From positions 1 to 64,000 of the forward strand of contig NZ_JMCB01000004.1 of NCBI RefSeq assembly GCF_000737315.1: a stretch of DNA of 64,000 nt. The letters run 5' to 3'. Numbering within the stretch: position 1 is the first letter of the stretch; the number at the start of each line of letters is the position of its first letter. The notes under the pieces are model-generated. The model searched no databases, was not told the origin of the DNA, and saw only the letters and a program-made list of their open reading frames with translations. This DNA comes from Hyalangium minutum. GTDB taxonomy: Bacteria; Myxococcota; Myxococcia; Myxococcales; Myxococcaceae. Of this stretch, positions 17,101 to 25,732 are shown one piece after another. A program made the position numbers and the translations under genes.

Positions 17101-20100
17101 CGGGCGCTCGGTCCAGGGCAGTACGCCGTGGAGGAGCTCTTGTTCGGAGGCCCGCTGGCGCTCGAGGCAGCTCCTCAGGGTGAGCGCGAGCTGCAGATCT
17201 CCCTCGTCGAAGAAGGAGCAGGGCGCACGAGCTTCCGCGCCGCGAGCCGCCGCGAGGGCGAGCCTTGGGCGGTCCACGTGTCGGGGAGGATCGGCTCGGG
17301 CGCGAACATGGGCGAGGTGTTCGGGCAGGAGGCTCTTGAGGCCGTGCGCGCACGGTGCTCGATGCCAGCGCCTGCCGACGGGTTCTACGGAGAGCTGGAG
17401 CAGCGGGGAATCGCGAACGGCCCACGGCTGAGATCGATCCAGGAGATCTGGCTCGGTCAGGGCGAGGCGCTCACGCGGCTCTCCGTTCCGGCTGGGAGCG
17501 CCCGCGCGTCCGAAGGGCTGCCCTTGCACCCGGTGCTGCTCGACGGCGCGTTCCAGAGTATCGGCGCCGCCCTGGCAACGCTGGAGAACGAGGAGCCCGG
17601 GGTGCCACTCCCGACGAGGATCCAGGCGTTGACCGTGGGGACCTCCTCGGTGACGCAGGCCTGGAGCCATGTGCGCGTGCGCTCCATCGATGCGCGGACG
17701 CTCGAGGCGGATCTGCGCATTCTCGATGAAGCGGGGGCGCTGATCGCGGAGGCGCGCGGTCTGCGGCTCGAGCTGAGAGATGCAGGGGGCCAGCGCCCGG
17801 AGGCGAAGCTGTTCGCCAACGAGTGGCAAGCCACGGAGGCACTGCCCGCGCCGACCAGCCCGGAGCCCGGCACCTGGCTCGTCGTCACGCATGAGCTCGC
17901 CAGGGGCCGGCTCCTCGGCCAGAGGCTGGAGGCGCATGGCCAGAAGGTGCTCTACGCGGAGCCGGGGGCGCTCCGGGTGACCGATCGGGCCCGTGTGCTC
18001 TTGAGCGAGGCGCTCGCCGGGCCGTGCCGAGGCGTCCTGTACCTGGCGTCGAGTGTGCCGACTCCAGGAGCGGAGGACGTGGCGGAGAGCTGCTCGGCGC
18101 TGGGGCGCGACTCCATGGATCTGCTGGCGATTGCCCAGGCCCTCCAAGGGTCTGGGGTGAATCCTCTGCCGCGTCTGTGGCTCATCACCCAGGGGGCGCA
18201 GAGCGTCGCGGGCGAGCCGGTGTCTCTCGCCCAGTCAGGCGTCTGGGGGCTGAGCCGGAGCCTGTTCAAGGTGAAGTCCGCGCGACTCGACGTGGGATCG
18301 GAGGACACGCTGGAGTCCGCCTCCCGGGAGCTGCTCACCGGTTCGGCCGAGGATGAGATCGTACTTCGCCCCAATGCCCGGTACGTCGCGCGACTGCGTC
18401 AGCCGGGCGCGGGCTTGGCCTTTCAGCAGGTGCCCGCGCACGAGCAGCCGTTCCGCCTGGAGGTGGAGAAGCCCGGCGAGCTCGACAGCCTCTCCCTGCG
18501 CGTGAGCGAGCGCCGCGCCCCAGGACGGGGCGAGGTGGAATTCCGCGTGCATGCGGCGGGGCTCAACTTCAGTGACGCCATGAAGGCCCTGGGGATGTAC
18601 CCCGCCGAAGAGGGCGAGAAGTCTGTGCTGGGCCTGGAGTGTGCGGGGCAGGTCATCGCGGTGGGCGAGGGCGTCGAGGGCCTTGAGGTGGGGCAAGAGG
18701 TCTTCGGGCTCGCTGCGGGGAGCCTCGGGGCGTACGTCACCGTGCCGGCCGCGCAGGTGGTGGCCCGCCCGCGAGGGCTCACGGTCGAGCAGGCCGCCTC
18801 CTCCGGAATGGCCTTCACGGCGGCCTGGCACGCACTGCACGAGGTCGCCCGGCTCCAGAAGGGAGAGCGGATCCTGATCCACTGTGCCGCCAGCGGCGTG
18901 GGGCTCGCGGCGGTGCGGATCGCCCGGCAGGTGGGGGCGGAGGTCTTCGCGACCACCAGCTCGCCGGAGAAGCGGGACTTCCTGCGCGAGCAGGGCGTGG
19001 CGCGGGTGATGGACTCGCGCTCGCTGCGCTTCGCCGAGGAGGTCCTCGCGGCCACTCAGGGCGAGGGCGTGGATGTCGTCCTCAACTCGTTGGCGGGCGA
19101 GGCGATCGAAAAGGGGCTCTCGGTCCTGGCGTCGGATGGCCGCTTCGTGGACCTGGGCAAGCGGGACCTGAATGCGGCGCATCGGACGCTGAGCCTGGGC
19201 CTGCTGCGCAAGCGAATCTCGTACCACGTCGTGGATCTGCTGGGGCTCGCGCGCGAGCGCCCGGGACGGATCCGCTCGCTGCTGGGACAGGTCTCGCAGG
19301 CGCTCGATCAGGGCACGCTGGCTCCGCTGCCGGTGCACGTCTGGCCGCTGGCCAAGGCGAATGAGGCGATCCGCGCGCTGGCGATGGCGAAGCATGTCGG
19401 CAAGCTCGTCGTCTCGATCCAGCAGGATGAGGGAGCGCTCGTCTCGGTTCCGGCGCGTCCATGGGCTGGCCTCTCCAAGGAGGCGGCGTACCTCCTCGTC
19501 ACCGATGCACCCACGATGGGTGCCTGGCTCCTCCGGTGGATGGTGGAGGAGGGGGCCCGGCACGTCGTGCTCGCCACACCTCGGGAGGGGACTTTCGAAG
19601 CGTTGGCCGCTGGGGCACGGGAAGCCGAGGTGGCGGGGGCGGATGTGGAGTGGGCGCGGGTGGAGCTGACGGATGCGAGCCAACTGGCGCACCTGCTCGA
19701 GGAGGGAGAGCGACGCGGGCGCCGGTGGAAGGGGTTCTTCCACGCCCCTGCCGCCGAGCCTCGCGAGGCGCTGGAGTCCGCACTGGGCCCGAGCGTGACC
19801 CCGGCGATGACGCTGGAGACCCTGACGCGTGGGAGGGCACTCGACACCTTTGTGCTGCTCTCGTCGGGAGGCGCGTCGCTCGGACGCTCCAGCCCGCCAA
19901 CGGTCTCCGCCATGACGGCCGTGCTCGACGCACTGGCGCAGCGCCGGCGCCTCGCGGGTCTTCCTGGGCTCAGCCTGGATTTGGGACCCGTGGCAACCGA
20001 GGAGGCCCAGAAGGGCGCGGCAGCGAACCTCTCGGCGCGCCAGGCACGAGCGCTCTTGTCGGAGGCGCTCGGCAGCGGACTGACGCAAGTTGGAGCCCTG

Positions 20101-20502
20101 CCCGCGTCTCCGCCCGAGGCGGGATGGATGTCCCGGGTGAGCCCGCTGCCGCGCTTCTCGGAGGTGGTGGCCGCCTTGGGGAGCACGGGGGGGGCGAGCG
20201 CCGGAGCGGGCACGCTGTTGAGCGGAGTTGCACCCGAAGAGCGCAAGGCGCGCCTGCTGGACTTCGTACACGAGCAGGTGAGCCTCGTCCTCCGGATGGA
20301 TCGTGAGAAGATCAGCGTGGAGGCGCCGCTGCGAGGCTTCGGGATTGATTCCCTCATGGGGCTCGAGCTGCGCAACCGGCTGGAGAAGGCGTTGGGCTTC
20401 CGTCTCCCCGCCACGGTGATGTGGAGCAGCCCGACGATCGCCGCCCTCGTCGAGAAGCTCCTCGAGGTCGCGGAGTCCCAACTCGTGCAGCAGACGAACT
20501 GA
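14167..20502 (+). CDS. Terminal PKS module KS-AT(methylmalonyl-type)-DH-ER-KR0-ACP, no fused thioesterase
   Basis: KS DTACSSS/HGTGT/GHTEPSAG; AT RMDVIQP/GHSMG/VASH; DH HLVQGLPMVP and LDGAFQ; ER LNFSDAMKALGMYP and IHCAASGVG; KR Rossmann motif is TDAPTMG and Tyr is replaced by Val; ACP GIDSLM followed by a short tail. Confidence 0.93.
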   Translation: MSEANAAEARKALLRQALSKIDELQTKLTQAEQFRDAPIAVVGIGCRFPGANEPERYWRNLAEGLDLVTEVPPDRWDNEQWFDPDPDAPGKTYSRHGGFLGKVDGFDAAFFGIAPRDAVHMDPQHRLLLECAWEALERAGLPADRLSGTKTGVFVGISSSDYGMLIHEREPMESLDAYFLTGLAPNFAAGRTSYVLGLQGPAMAVDTACSSSLVAVHLACQSLRAGGSDLALAAGTNLMLMPLSHIVMSKVRVLSGTGRCRTFDTAADGLVRGEAVAVVVLKRLSDALAAGDNVLAVIRGTAVNQDGPSSGLTVPNKHAQERVIRDALENAKVQPHEVSYVEAHGTGTPLGDPIELRALSAVYGKDRPADSPLYVGSVKTNIGHTEPSAGIAGLIKVILSLQNRTLPPHLHLHQRTPQVDWSGLGIDVPTRLTPWSRPKLIAGVSAFGASGTNAHIVVEEAPPVEHGSPKPVRPELLVLSARGEPALRALATEYISHLQGGKAASMAELAAAASVRRMHHEHRLAVVGETHEELVAALEPLSRGAPHPFGASGQSDKETRRKVVFVFPGQGSQWAAMGRDLLEQEPVFLRAVERCAEAFAPHVDWSLLDELRSEQPSERMDVIQPALFAMEVGLAALWRSWGLEPDAVIGHSMGEVAAAHVAGALSLEDAARVICRRSKLLREVSGQGAMAVVELGMKEAQERLRGLEDRLAVAVSNGPRSTVLSGNADALETLLGQLEREGIFCRRVKVTVASHSPQMDPLRGPLLAALAELKPRQGAVPLYSTVTGEVSPGTSLDPAYWVNNLREPVRFWHTIEKLMADGHTLFVEISPHPILLPAIEQIFAERATAAYAFGSLRREQPARRTLLKSLGDLYVRGAPIDWTKLYPNARVVPLPTYPFQRERYWVDPPAADARRARGASMGGALLGERFESAGDSRLHSWRRWLSLGDAGFLAEHLVQGLPMVPATIYPLLVLEAARRALGPGQYAVEELLFGGPLALEAAPQGERELQISLVEEGAGRTSFRAASRREGEPWAVHVSGRIGSGANMGEVFGQEALEAVRARCSMPAPADGFYGELEQRGIANGPRLRSIQEIWLGQGEALTRLSVPAGSARASEGLPLHPVLLDGAFQSIGAALATLENEEPGVPLPTRIQALTVGTSSVTQAWSHVRVRSIDARTLEADLRILDEAGALIAEARGLRLELRDAGGQRPEAKLFANEWQATEALPAPTSPEPGTWLVVTHELARGRLLGQRLEAHGQKVLYAEPGALRVTDRARVLLSEALAGPCRGVLYLASSVPTPGAEDVAESCSALGRDSMDLLAIAQALQGSGVNPLPRLWLITQGAQSVAGEPVSLAQSGVWGLSRSLFKVKSARLDVGSEDTLESASRELLTGSAEDEIVLRPNARYVARLRQPGAGLAFQQVPAHEQPFRLEVEKPGELDSLSLRVSERRAPGRGEVEFRVHAAGLNFSDAMKALGMYPAEEGEKSVLGLECAGQVIAVGEGVEGLEVGQEVFGLAAGSLGAYVTVPAAQVVARPRGLTVEQAASSGMAFTAAWHALHEVARLQKGERILIHCAASGVGLAAVRIARQVGAEVFATTSSPEKRDFLREQGVARVMDSRSLRFAEEVLAATQGEGVDVVLNSLAGEAIEKGLSVLASDGRFVDLGKRDLNAAHRTLSLGLLRKRISYHVVDLLGLARERPGRIRSLLGQVSQALDQGTLAPLPVHVWPLAKANEAIRALAMAKHVGKLVVSIQQDEGALVSVPARPWAGLSKEAAYLLVTDAPTMGAWLLRWMVEEGARHVVLATPREGTFEALAAGAREAEVAGADVEWARVELTDASQLAHLLEEGERRGRRWKGFFHAPAAEPREALESALGPSVTPAMTLETLTRGRALDTFVLLSSGGASLGRSSPPTVSAMTAVLDALAQRRRLAGLPGLSLDLGPVATEEAQKGAAANLSARQARALLSEALGSGLTQVGALPASPPEAGWMSRVSPLPRFSEVVAALGSTGGASAGAGTLLSGVAPEERKARLLDFVHEQVSLVLRMDREKISVEAPLRGFGIDSLMGLELRNRLEKALGFRLPATVMWSSPTIAALVEKLLEVAESQLVQQTN

Positions 20503-20521
20503 GCCGCGGACAGCGGCGCGA

Positions 20522-21289
20522 ATGAGAGTGATGGAAAACGATACGGCACAGTGGTTGATGTTTGGAGGAACCCGGAAAGCCGCGAGGGCGCGGATCTTCT
20601 GCTTCCATCACGCGGGAGGAGGCGCGTCGATGTACCGGAAGTGGGTGGAGGATCTCCCACCTGAGCTCGATCTCTATGCGGTCCAGCTTCCGGGGCGAGA
20701 GTTCCGCATTCGCGAGGCCTCCTTCACGCAACTGGAGCCGCTCGTCCAGGAGCTGGCCCGGGTGCTGGGGCCTCTGCTGGAGCAGCCGTTCGCCCTCTTC
20801 GGTCACAGCATGGGCGCCACCGTGGCATTCGAGCTGGCCCGCGAGCTGCGTCGGCGCGGGGCGAGGCAGCCTCTCATGTTGGGCGCCTCCGGGCGCATCG
20901 CCCCCCACTGCCGCTCGCGCTTCACGCCGGTGCAGGAGCTCACGGAGGCGCAGCTCGTCGAGAAGCTCAAGAGGGGAGGCGGTCTGCCCGATTACGTCCT
21001 CAACGAGCCGGAGCTGATGGCGATGGTCCTCCCGCTGGTCCGCTCCGACTACAAGATTGTCGACGGCTACCGGCTCACTCCCGAGCCACCGCTGACCTTT
21101 CCCATTGCGGCCTTCTACGGGCTCGACGACGTGCTCACGACACCGGAGGAGATCACGGGGTGGCAGCAGCACACCACCGGTGCTTTCTCGGTGCAGGCGC
21201 TCCCGGGCGACCATTTCTTCTTGGCCAACGCCCGGCGAGAGATCTTGTGGACCCTGAGCCGGGGCATCCTGCAGGCGCTGGACAGGTGA
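20522..21289 (+). CDS. Stand-alone type II thioesterase
   Basis: FCFHHAGGGAS, QLPGRE, GHSMG nucleophile motif and GDHFF His; 19 bp downstream of the last PKS gene. Confidence 0.92.
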   Translation: MRVMENDTAQWLMFGGTRKAARARIFCFHHAGGGASMYRKWVEDLPPELDLYAVQLPGREFRIREASFTQLEPLVQELARVLGPLLEQPFALFGHSMGATVAFELARELRRRGARQPLMLGASGRIAPHCRSRFTPVQELTEAQLVEKLKRGGGLPDYVLNEPELMAMVLPLVRSDYKIVDGYRLTPEPPLTFPIAAFYGLDDVLTTPEEITGWQQHTTGAFSVQALPGDHFFLANARREILWTLSRGILQALDR

Positions 21290-21297
21290 TCCCTGGT

Positions 21298-21328
21298 GCG
21301 AGGGAGGGAGCGAGCCTCCTCCCCTCGC
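21298..21328. terminator. GC-rich hairpin between the convergent TE and P450 genes
   Basis: GCGAGGGAGGGA...TCCTCCCCTCGC imperfect inverted repeat; no U-tract. Confidence 0.4.
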
Positions 21329-21331
21329 TTC

Positions 21332-22654
21332 TCAGGAGAGGAGCTTCTGGGCCAGCCGCACGCGCACACCGTTCTTGGGCCCCACACCCACTCCCTGGCG
21401 CACCGGCACCTCCGCTGGATCGGCCAGCTCCAGATCGAAGTTCCGCACGATCGTCGCGAGTACGACCTTCAGCTGCTGCTCCGCGAACGCGGCCCCAAGG
21501 CAGCGCCGCACCCCCGCCCCGAAGGGGATGAACTCGTAGGGGGTGAACTTGCGCTCGAGGAAGCGCTCCGGGCGGAACGTGTCCGGCTCCGGGTACAGAT
21601 CCTCGCGAGAGTGGATCATCCGGCTGAACACCGCGACACCGGCGCCCGCAGGCAGGGTATAGCCGCGGACCTGGATGGGCGCCCGCAGCTTGCGGAACAT
21701 GTCCGGCACGGGCGGGTAGATGCGCAGCGTCTCGTTGCAGACGGCTCCCAGGTAGGGGAGCGAGGCGTACGCCTCGGGGCCTGCGTCGGCGGGCAGGCCC
21801 GCCAGCTCCTCGCGGAGCTTGCGCAGGATCTCGGGGGACCGGTAGGTCCAGTAAACGCCCCAGGCGATCGCAGTGGCGGTGGCGGCGTAGCCCGCCACGA
21901 GCAGTCCCACCAGCTCTTTGCTCACCTGCTCGTTGGTCATCCCCGTGCCGTCGTCGTACTTCGACGTCATCATGAGGTTGAGCATGTCATCCGGCGCGGC
22001 CTCGAGATTGGCGCGGCGGGCCGTGAGCTGCTCGGCGATCAGCGCGTCCAGGCGTGCGTTGGCGCGCAGGTACCTCGCGTAGGGGCCAACTCCGCCGAAC
22101 TCATGACGCAGCCAACTGAAGAAGAGCAGGGCGGGCGTCGTCGCCTTCTGGAGCTCGACGAAGGCCTCCTCGAAGCGCGCGACCAGGGAGTCATCGGCCA
22201 GGCCAAAGACGTTGCGGAGGATCACCTCGCGCGTGATGCCGCGGGACACCTCGTGCATGGGGATCGTCTCACCGGGGCGCACCGCGCCCATCCGCTTGAG
22301 CGCTACCTGCTGCATCGTGCCAGCGTAGGCCCGCATGCGAGCGCCCAGGAACGGCGGCATCAGCAGCTTGCGCTGGCGCCGGTGCGGCTCGCCAACGATC
22401 AGGGGGACGGAGCCATCGCGGAAGACCATCCGCAGGTTTTCGGGCGCGAAGATCTCGTAGCTCGTGGGGTCCGCCGTGAGGACCTCGCGTGCCCCCTCGG
22501 GCTCGCCGGTGATGATCAGCGGCCCTTCCAGAGTCTTGACGGTCAGGGTGTCGCCGTAGTTCTTCCGGAACCAGGCGTAGGCCCCGACGGGATCGGTCAT
22601 GTAGCGGAACGTCTCGACGAGGGCGATGGAGGGGCCAGGGGGAAGGGGAGCCAT
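21332..22654 (-). CDS. Cytochrome P450 with an atypical I-helix
   Basis: Heme motif FGAGVRRCLG, ExxR (ETLR), PERF; I-helix AGYAAT. Start moved to ATG 22654 (MAPLPPGPS), which has an AGGA RBS; the ORF-track start at 22801 overlaps the upstream gene. Confidence 0.93.
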   Translation of the reverse strand: MAPLPPGPSIALVETFRYMTDPVGAYAWFRKNYGDTLTVKTLEGPLIITGEPEGAREVLTADPTSYEIFAPENLRMVFRDGSVPLIVGEPHRRQRKLLMPPFLGARMRAYAGTMQQVALKRMGAVRPGETIPMHEVSRGITREVILRNVFGLADDSLVARFEEAFVELQKATTPALLFFSWLRHEFGGVGPYARYLRANARLDALIAEQLTARRANLEAAPDDMLNLMMTSKYDDGTGMTNEQVSKELVGLLVAGYAATATAIAWGVYWTYRSPEILRKLREELAGLPADAGPEAYASLPYLGAVCNETLRIYPPVPDMFRKLRAPIQVRGYTLPAGAGVAVFSRMIHSREDLYPEPDTFRPERFLERKFTPYEFIPFGAGVRRCLGAAFAEQQLKVVLATIVRNFDLELADPAEVPVRQGVGVGPKNGVRVRLAQKLLS

Positions 22655-22685
22655 AGCGGTCTGTCCTGTGTTGAAGCTCTGTCGT

Positions 22686-25517
22686 TTACGGTGCGGCGGA
22701 GTGAGCCACGTTGATGGGGCTGCCGCTGGGCTCGTCGCCGTCGTAGATGCCATCCAGGTTCCGGTCGATGCCGATGCGCGCTCCGGAGCCGGGTGGCACA
22801 CAGGTGTAGGTCAGCTCTCGCCCCGGCTTCGAGGCGAGCGCACGCAGCGCCTCCGCGCTGAGCGGCTTTCGCGAGCGCTGGTCGGGCTGAAACCCGGCCC
22901 CGGGGCGGTAGAGAAAGCCGAGCTCTCGCTGGGGGCCAGCGCCCTTCACCACCAGATCGCACTCCTGCGCTTCGGCCTGGGCGATCAGCAGCTCGATGCG
23001 GGGGCCCGCCACCGTCAGGTTGCTCGAGGTGAGCGTCACCTGCTGGCCCACGATAGGCGCCAGGTTGGAGGGGAAGACGAACATGAACGACTCGATCTGG
23101 CGGCGCACCACGTTGGACTCGGGGGTGAGCGGAAAGCCGCCACGCGAGAAGAGCGAGGTGAAGCCCAGGTTGCTGAAGAAGCGGAAGATGGTGTCGATGC
23201 TGCCCGAGTGCGTGAAGCCGAAGCCCCGGACCTGATCCCCCATGAACTCGTTGTTGCCCTTGAGGAACGAATCGCCGGCCAGCGCCATGCCGAACATGCC
23301 CGTCTTCTGGTACATGTTGCGCAGGTGGGGAATCTTGAGCAGCTGGGGGTTGAAGTCGAAGGTCATCCTCCCGTCCGTGCCAAAGAAGCCCGGCGCGGCG
23401 GTCGTGGGGTTGGCCTTCGGATCCAGCGCGTGGCAGCCGATGCAGGTGGCGATGGTGTTGGCGTTGCGGGTGAGGAACTCCTGGCGCCCCACCTCCTGAT
23501 CCGGCGTGAGCGAGTTGTCCAGGTTCCGGATGGGGTTGGGAGGGTAGGTGAGCTGTAGGGCGAAGCGGGTGAGCGCCTCCAGGGCGTCATCTGGCAGCTG
23601 CTTGTCGCGGCCTAGGACGTTCATGAAGCCAGCGGTCTCGCGGAACGCGGCCTTCTCGTCGAACGCGCCCGTGTCCGGCTGGGAGCTGCCCCCGCGGGTG
23701 GCCTTCACTCGCTCGCCGTGCCAGTGCATGGGCCCGGCGTTGAGCAATCCGCGCAGGGACTGCGTCGTCGTGGGGCCTTTCAGGGGGTGGAACACCGGAT
23801 CGGTGATGACTTGCCTGTAGAGGGGATTCGTCAGCGGCTCGACGACGAAGGGACCCGAGACGGGCACCACGGGCGCATCGGGGTTGCCCAGATCCCAGGC
23901 CAGGCTGTCGAAGTCGCCGTAGACGTGGCAGCTCGCGCACGCCGTGTCCCCGTGGCTGGAGCCGACGGACGCGTCATAGAGGTAGCGGCGCCCCTGAGAG
24001 ACGCTCGCGGGCTCCGGGTTGTACAGGGGGACGTGGGCCACCTCGGTCCGGCTCTGGGTGCTGATGACGGAGATGGCGTTGTCGAAGCGCGCCAGCACGT
24101 ACAACTTGCCGCGGGCCTCATCGAGCACCAGCCCGGTGGGGCCACCTCCGGGCACGTGGATCTGCTGCTTCGTGTCCGGCACGAAGGAGTCCTTCTCAAG
24201 CGCCTCGGTGTCGAAGATGCCGATCTTGTCCGAGCCGAGGGCCGCGACGTACAGCGTCTTCCCGTCGCCTGTCACCGCCATGGACTGGGGGAGCGCGAGG
24301 CTGCGGACGCTCTCGTCATTCGGCAGGGGCTCGCAGCACTTGCTGTAGTCGATGTGCTTGTTGAGGTGACGCGGTTGGGCACCCTCGGGGCCTAGCACGC
24401 TGATGCGGCTCTCCACGGTATGCCCGCGCAGGGTGTGGCCGGCGAAGATGCCGGGGCCCTCGAAGCGCTGGAGGTTGCGGGCCTCGGTGTTGGACACGTA
24501 GAGCTTGCCGCTCACCGGGTTGACGGCGAGGTTGTAGAGGATGGTGCCCGCACCGGTGAAGAAGCCCTCGGGGCCCTCGAGCTGCTGGGGCACAGGGGCC
24601 ATGGCATCGATCACGAAGACGTCCTTGTCCGGCAGCGCCAGCTTCACCTTCTCGTCCCAGGTGCGGCCTTCCACATCCACCCAGTGGGTTCCGTCGAACT
24701 GGAGGATCAGCCCGCTCTCTGGAGCGGGGATGCCCTGGAAGTTGGTGCTGGGGCCGGGCACGGCCTTGGTCCCCTTCTTGGGGTCCTTGCCGAAGCCGTT
24801 GGGGACCAGCCGCTCGTGGATGGCCGTGGTGCGGTTGCCGGAGTGGAAGGCGGCCGCATAGACACGGCTCCCGTCGGGGGTGACCGCGAGCGCGCGCGGC
24901 GTGTCGCTGAAAAGCCGGACCAGCGTCAGCGGCTCTCCTCCGAGCGTGGTGCCCAGATTGGCTGCATCGAAGACCCAGACGTCGGCGCGGCCGATGCCCG
25001 GAGTGGTGAGCTGGGGATCGAACGGTGCGTTCTGGCCTCGGTGGGCGGCGGTGATGAAGGCGCGGCGGCGCTCCGGCCCGGCGAAGACGATGTCTCGCGG
25101 CTCGTCACCGACGAGCAGGGTGCGCACCACGCGGCCGCGGCGGGTCTTCGCATCCAGCGCCACGACGCTCACACTGTCAGACAGGTGGTTGACGACCCAC
25201 ACCTCGGTGTCGCTGCGCGCGGCGACGGCGACAGGTTCCAGGCCCACCACCACAGAGGTCCGGTGGACCAGCCCGGTACTCTCGACGCTGAAGACCTCCA
25301 GCCGGTTGTCCGGCGTGTTGGTGGCGAAGAGGAGCTTTCCGCTCGGGGAGAGGGCGAGGGGACGCACCTGGCCGCTCTCGAAGAGTGTGAAGGAGGAGCG
25401 GGAGGGAGGAGGTGCGCCGTTCTTGTCCGGGACTGTGGCCGGAGCGGCGTGGACCAGCGTCGCCACGGCGGCGGCGCAGAGGAGACAGGCACGAAGGAGA
25501 GCAGGAGAACGAGGCAT
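22686..25517 (-). CDS. Secreted YVTN/YncE-type beta-propeller plus di-heme cytochrome c (peroxidase-like) protein
   Basis: N-terminal signal peptide (LLRACLLCAAAVATLVHA); repeated propeller blades (LALSPSGKLLFATN, LAVTPDGSRVYAA, MAVTGDGKTLYVA); two CxxCH motifs, CASCH (23925-23939) and CIGCH (23430-23444). Confidence 0.8.
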   Translation of the reverse strand: MPRSPALLRACLLCAAAVATLVHAAPATVPDKNGAPPPSRSSFTLFESGQVRPLALSPSGKLLFATNTPDNRLEVFSVESTGLVHRTSVVVGLEPVAVAARSDTEVWVVNHLSDSVSVVALDAKTRRGRVVRTLLVGDEPRDIVFAGPERRRAFITAAHRGQNAPFDPQLTTPGIGRADVWVFDAANLGTTLGGEPLTLVRLFSDTPRALAVTPDGSRVYAAAFHSGNRTTAIHERLVPNGFGKDPKKGTKAVPGPSTNFQGIPAPESGLILQFDGTHWVDVEGRTWDEKVKLALPDKDVFVIDAMAPVPQQLEGPEGFFTGAGTILYNLAVNPVSGKLYVSNTEARNLQRFEGPGIFAGHTLRGHTVESRISVLGPEGAQPRHLNKHIDYSKCCEPLPNDESVRSLALPQSMAVTGDGKTLYVAALGSDKIGIFDTEALEKDSFVPDTKQQIHVPGGGPTGLVLDEARGKLYVLARFDNAISVISTQSRTEVAHVPLYNPEPASVSQGRRYLYDASVGSSHGDTACASCHVYGDFDSLAWDLGNPDAPVVPVSGPFVVEPLTNPLYRQVITDPVFHPLKGPTTTQSLRGLLNAGPMHWHGERVKATRGGSSQPDTGAFDEKAAFRETAGFMNVLGRDKQLPDDALEALTRFALQLTYPPNPIRNLDNSLTPDQEVGRQEFLTRNANTIATCIGCHALDPKANPTTAAPGFFGTDGRMTFDFNPQLLKIPHLRNMYQKTGMFGMALAGDSFLKGNNEFMGDQVRGFGFTHSGSIDTIFRFFSNLGFTSLFSRGGFPLTPESNVVRRQIESFMFVFPSNLAPIVGQQVTLTSSNLTVAGPRIELLIAQAEAQECDLVVKGAGPQRELGFLYRPGAGFQPDQRSRKPLSAEALRALASKPGRELTYTCVPPGSGARIGIDRNLDGIYDGDEPSGSPINVAHSAAP

Positions 25518-25732
25518 GCGTCAGAGGAGCAGGACGTGGGAGCCCGTCAATGCGGCGGGGGCACCGCGGAATCTTCCTGGGAAGAGAGGAGGACTGAATC
25601 CCTCGGGGCCGAGGGGGCGTTGCCACGGAGCACGGTGCCGCGAATCAGAGACTGTTCAACAGGTGACCAAATATAGAACGATGATCATCCGCGATCCACC
25701 GTGGGGGGGACGCGCGGATCAACGAGAGGGAG

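Noticed and set aside
25652-25662. CTGTT-C-AACAG palindrome in the divergent promoter region
   Set aside because: Single short site, plausible by chance, and no regulator nearby.
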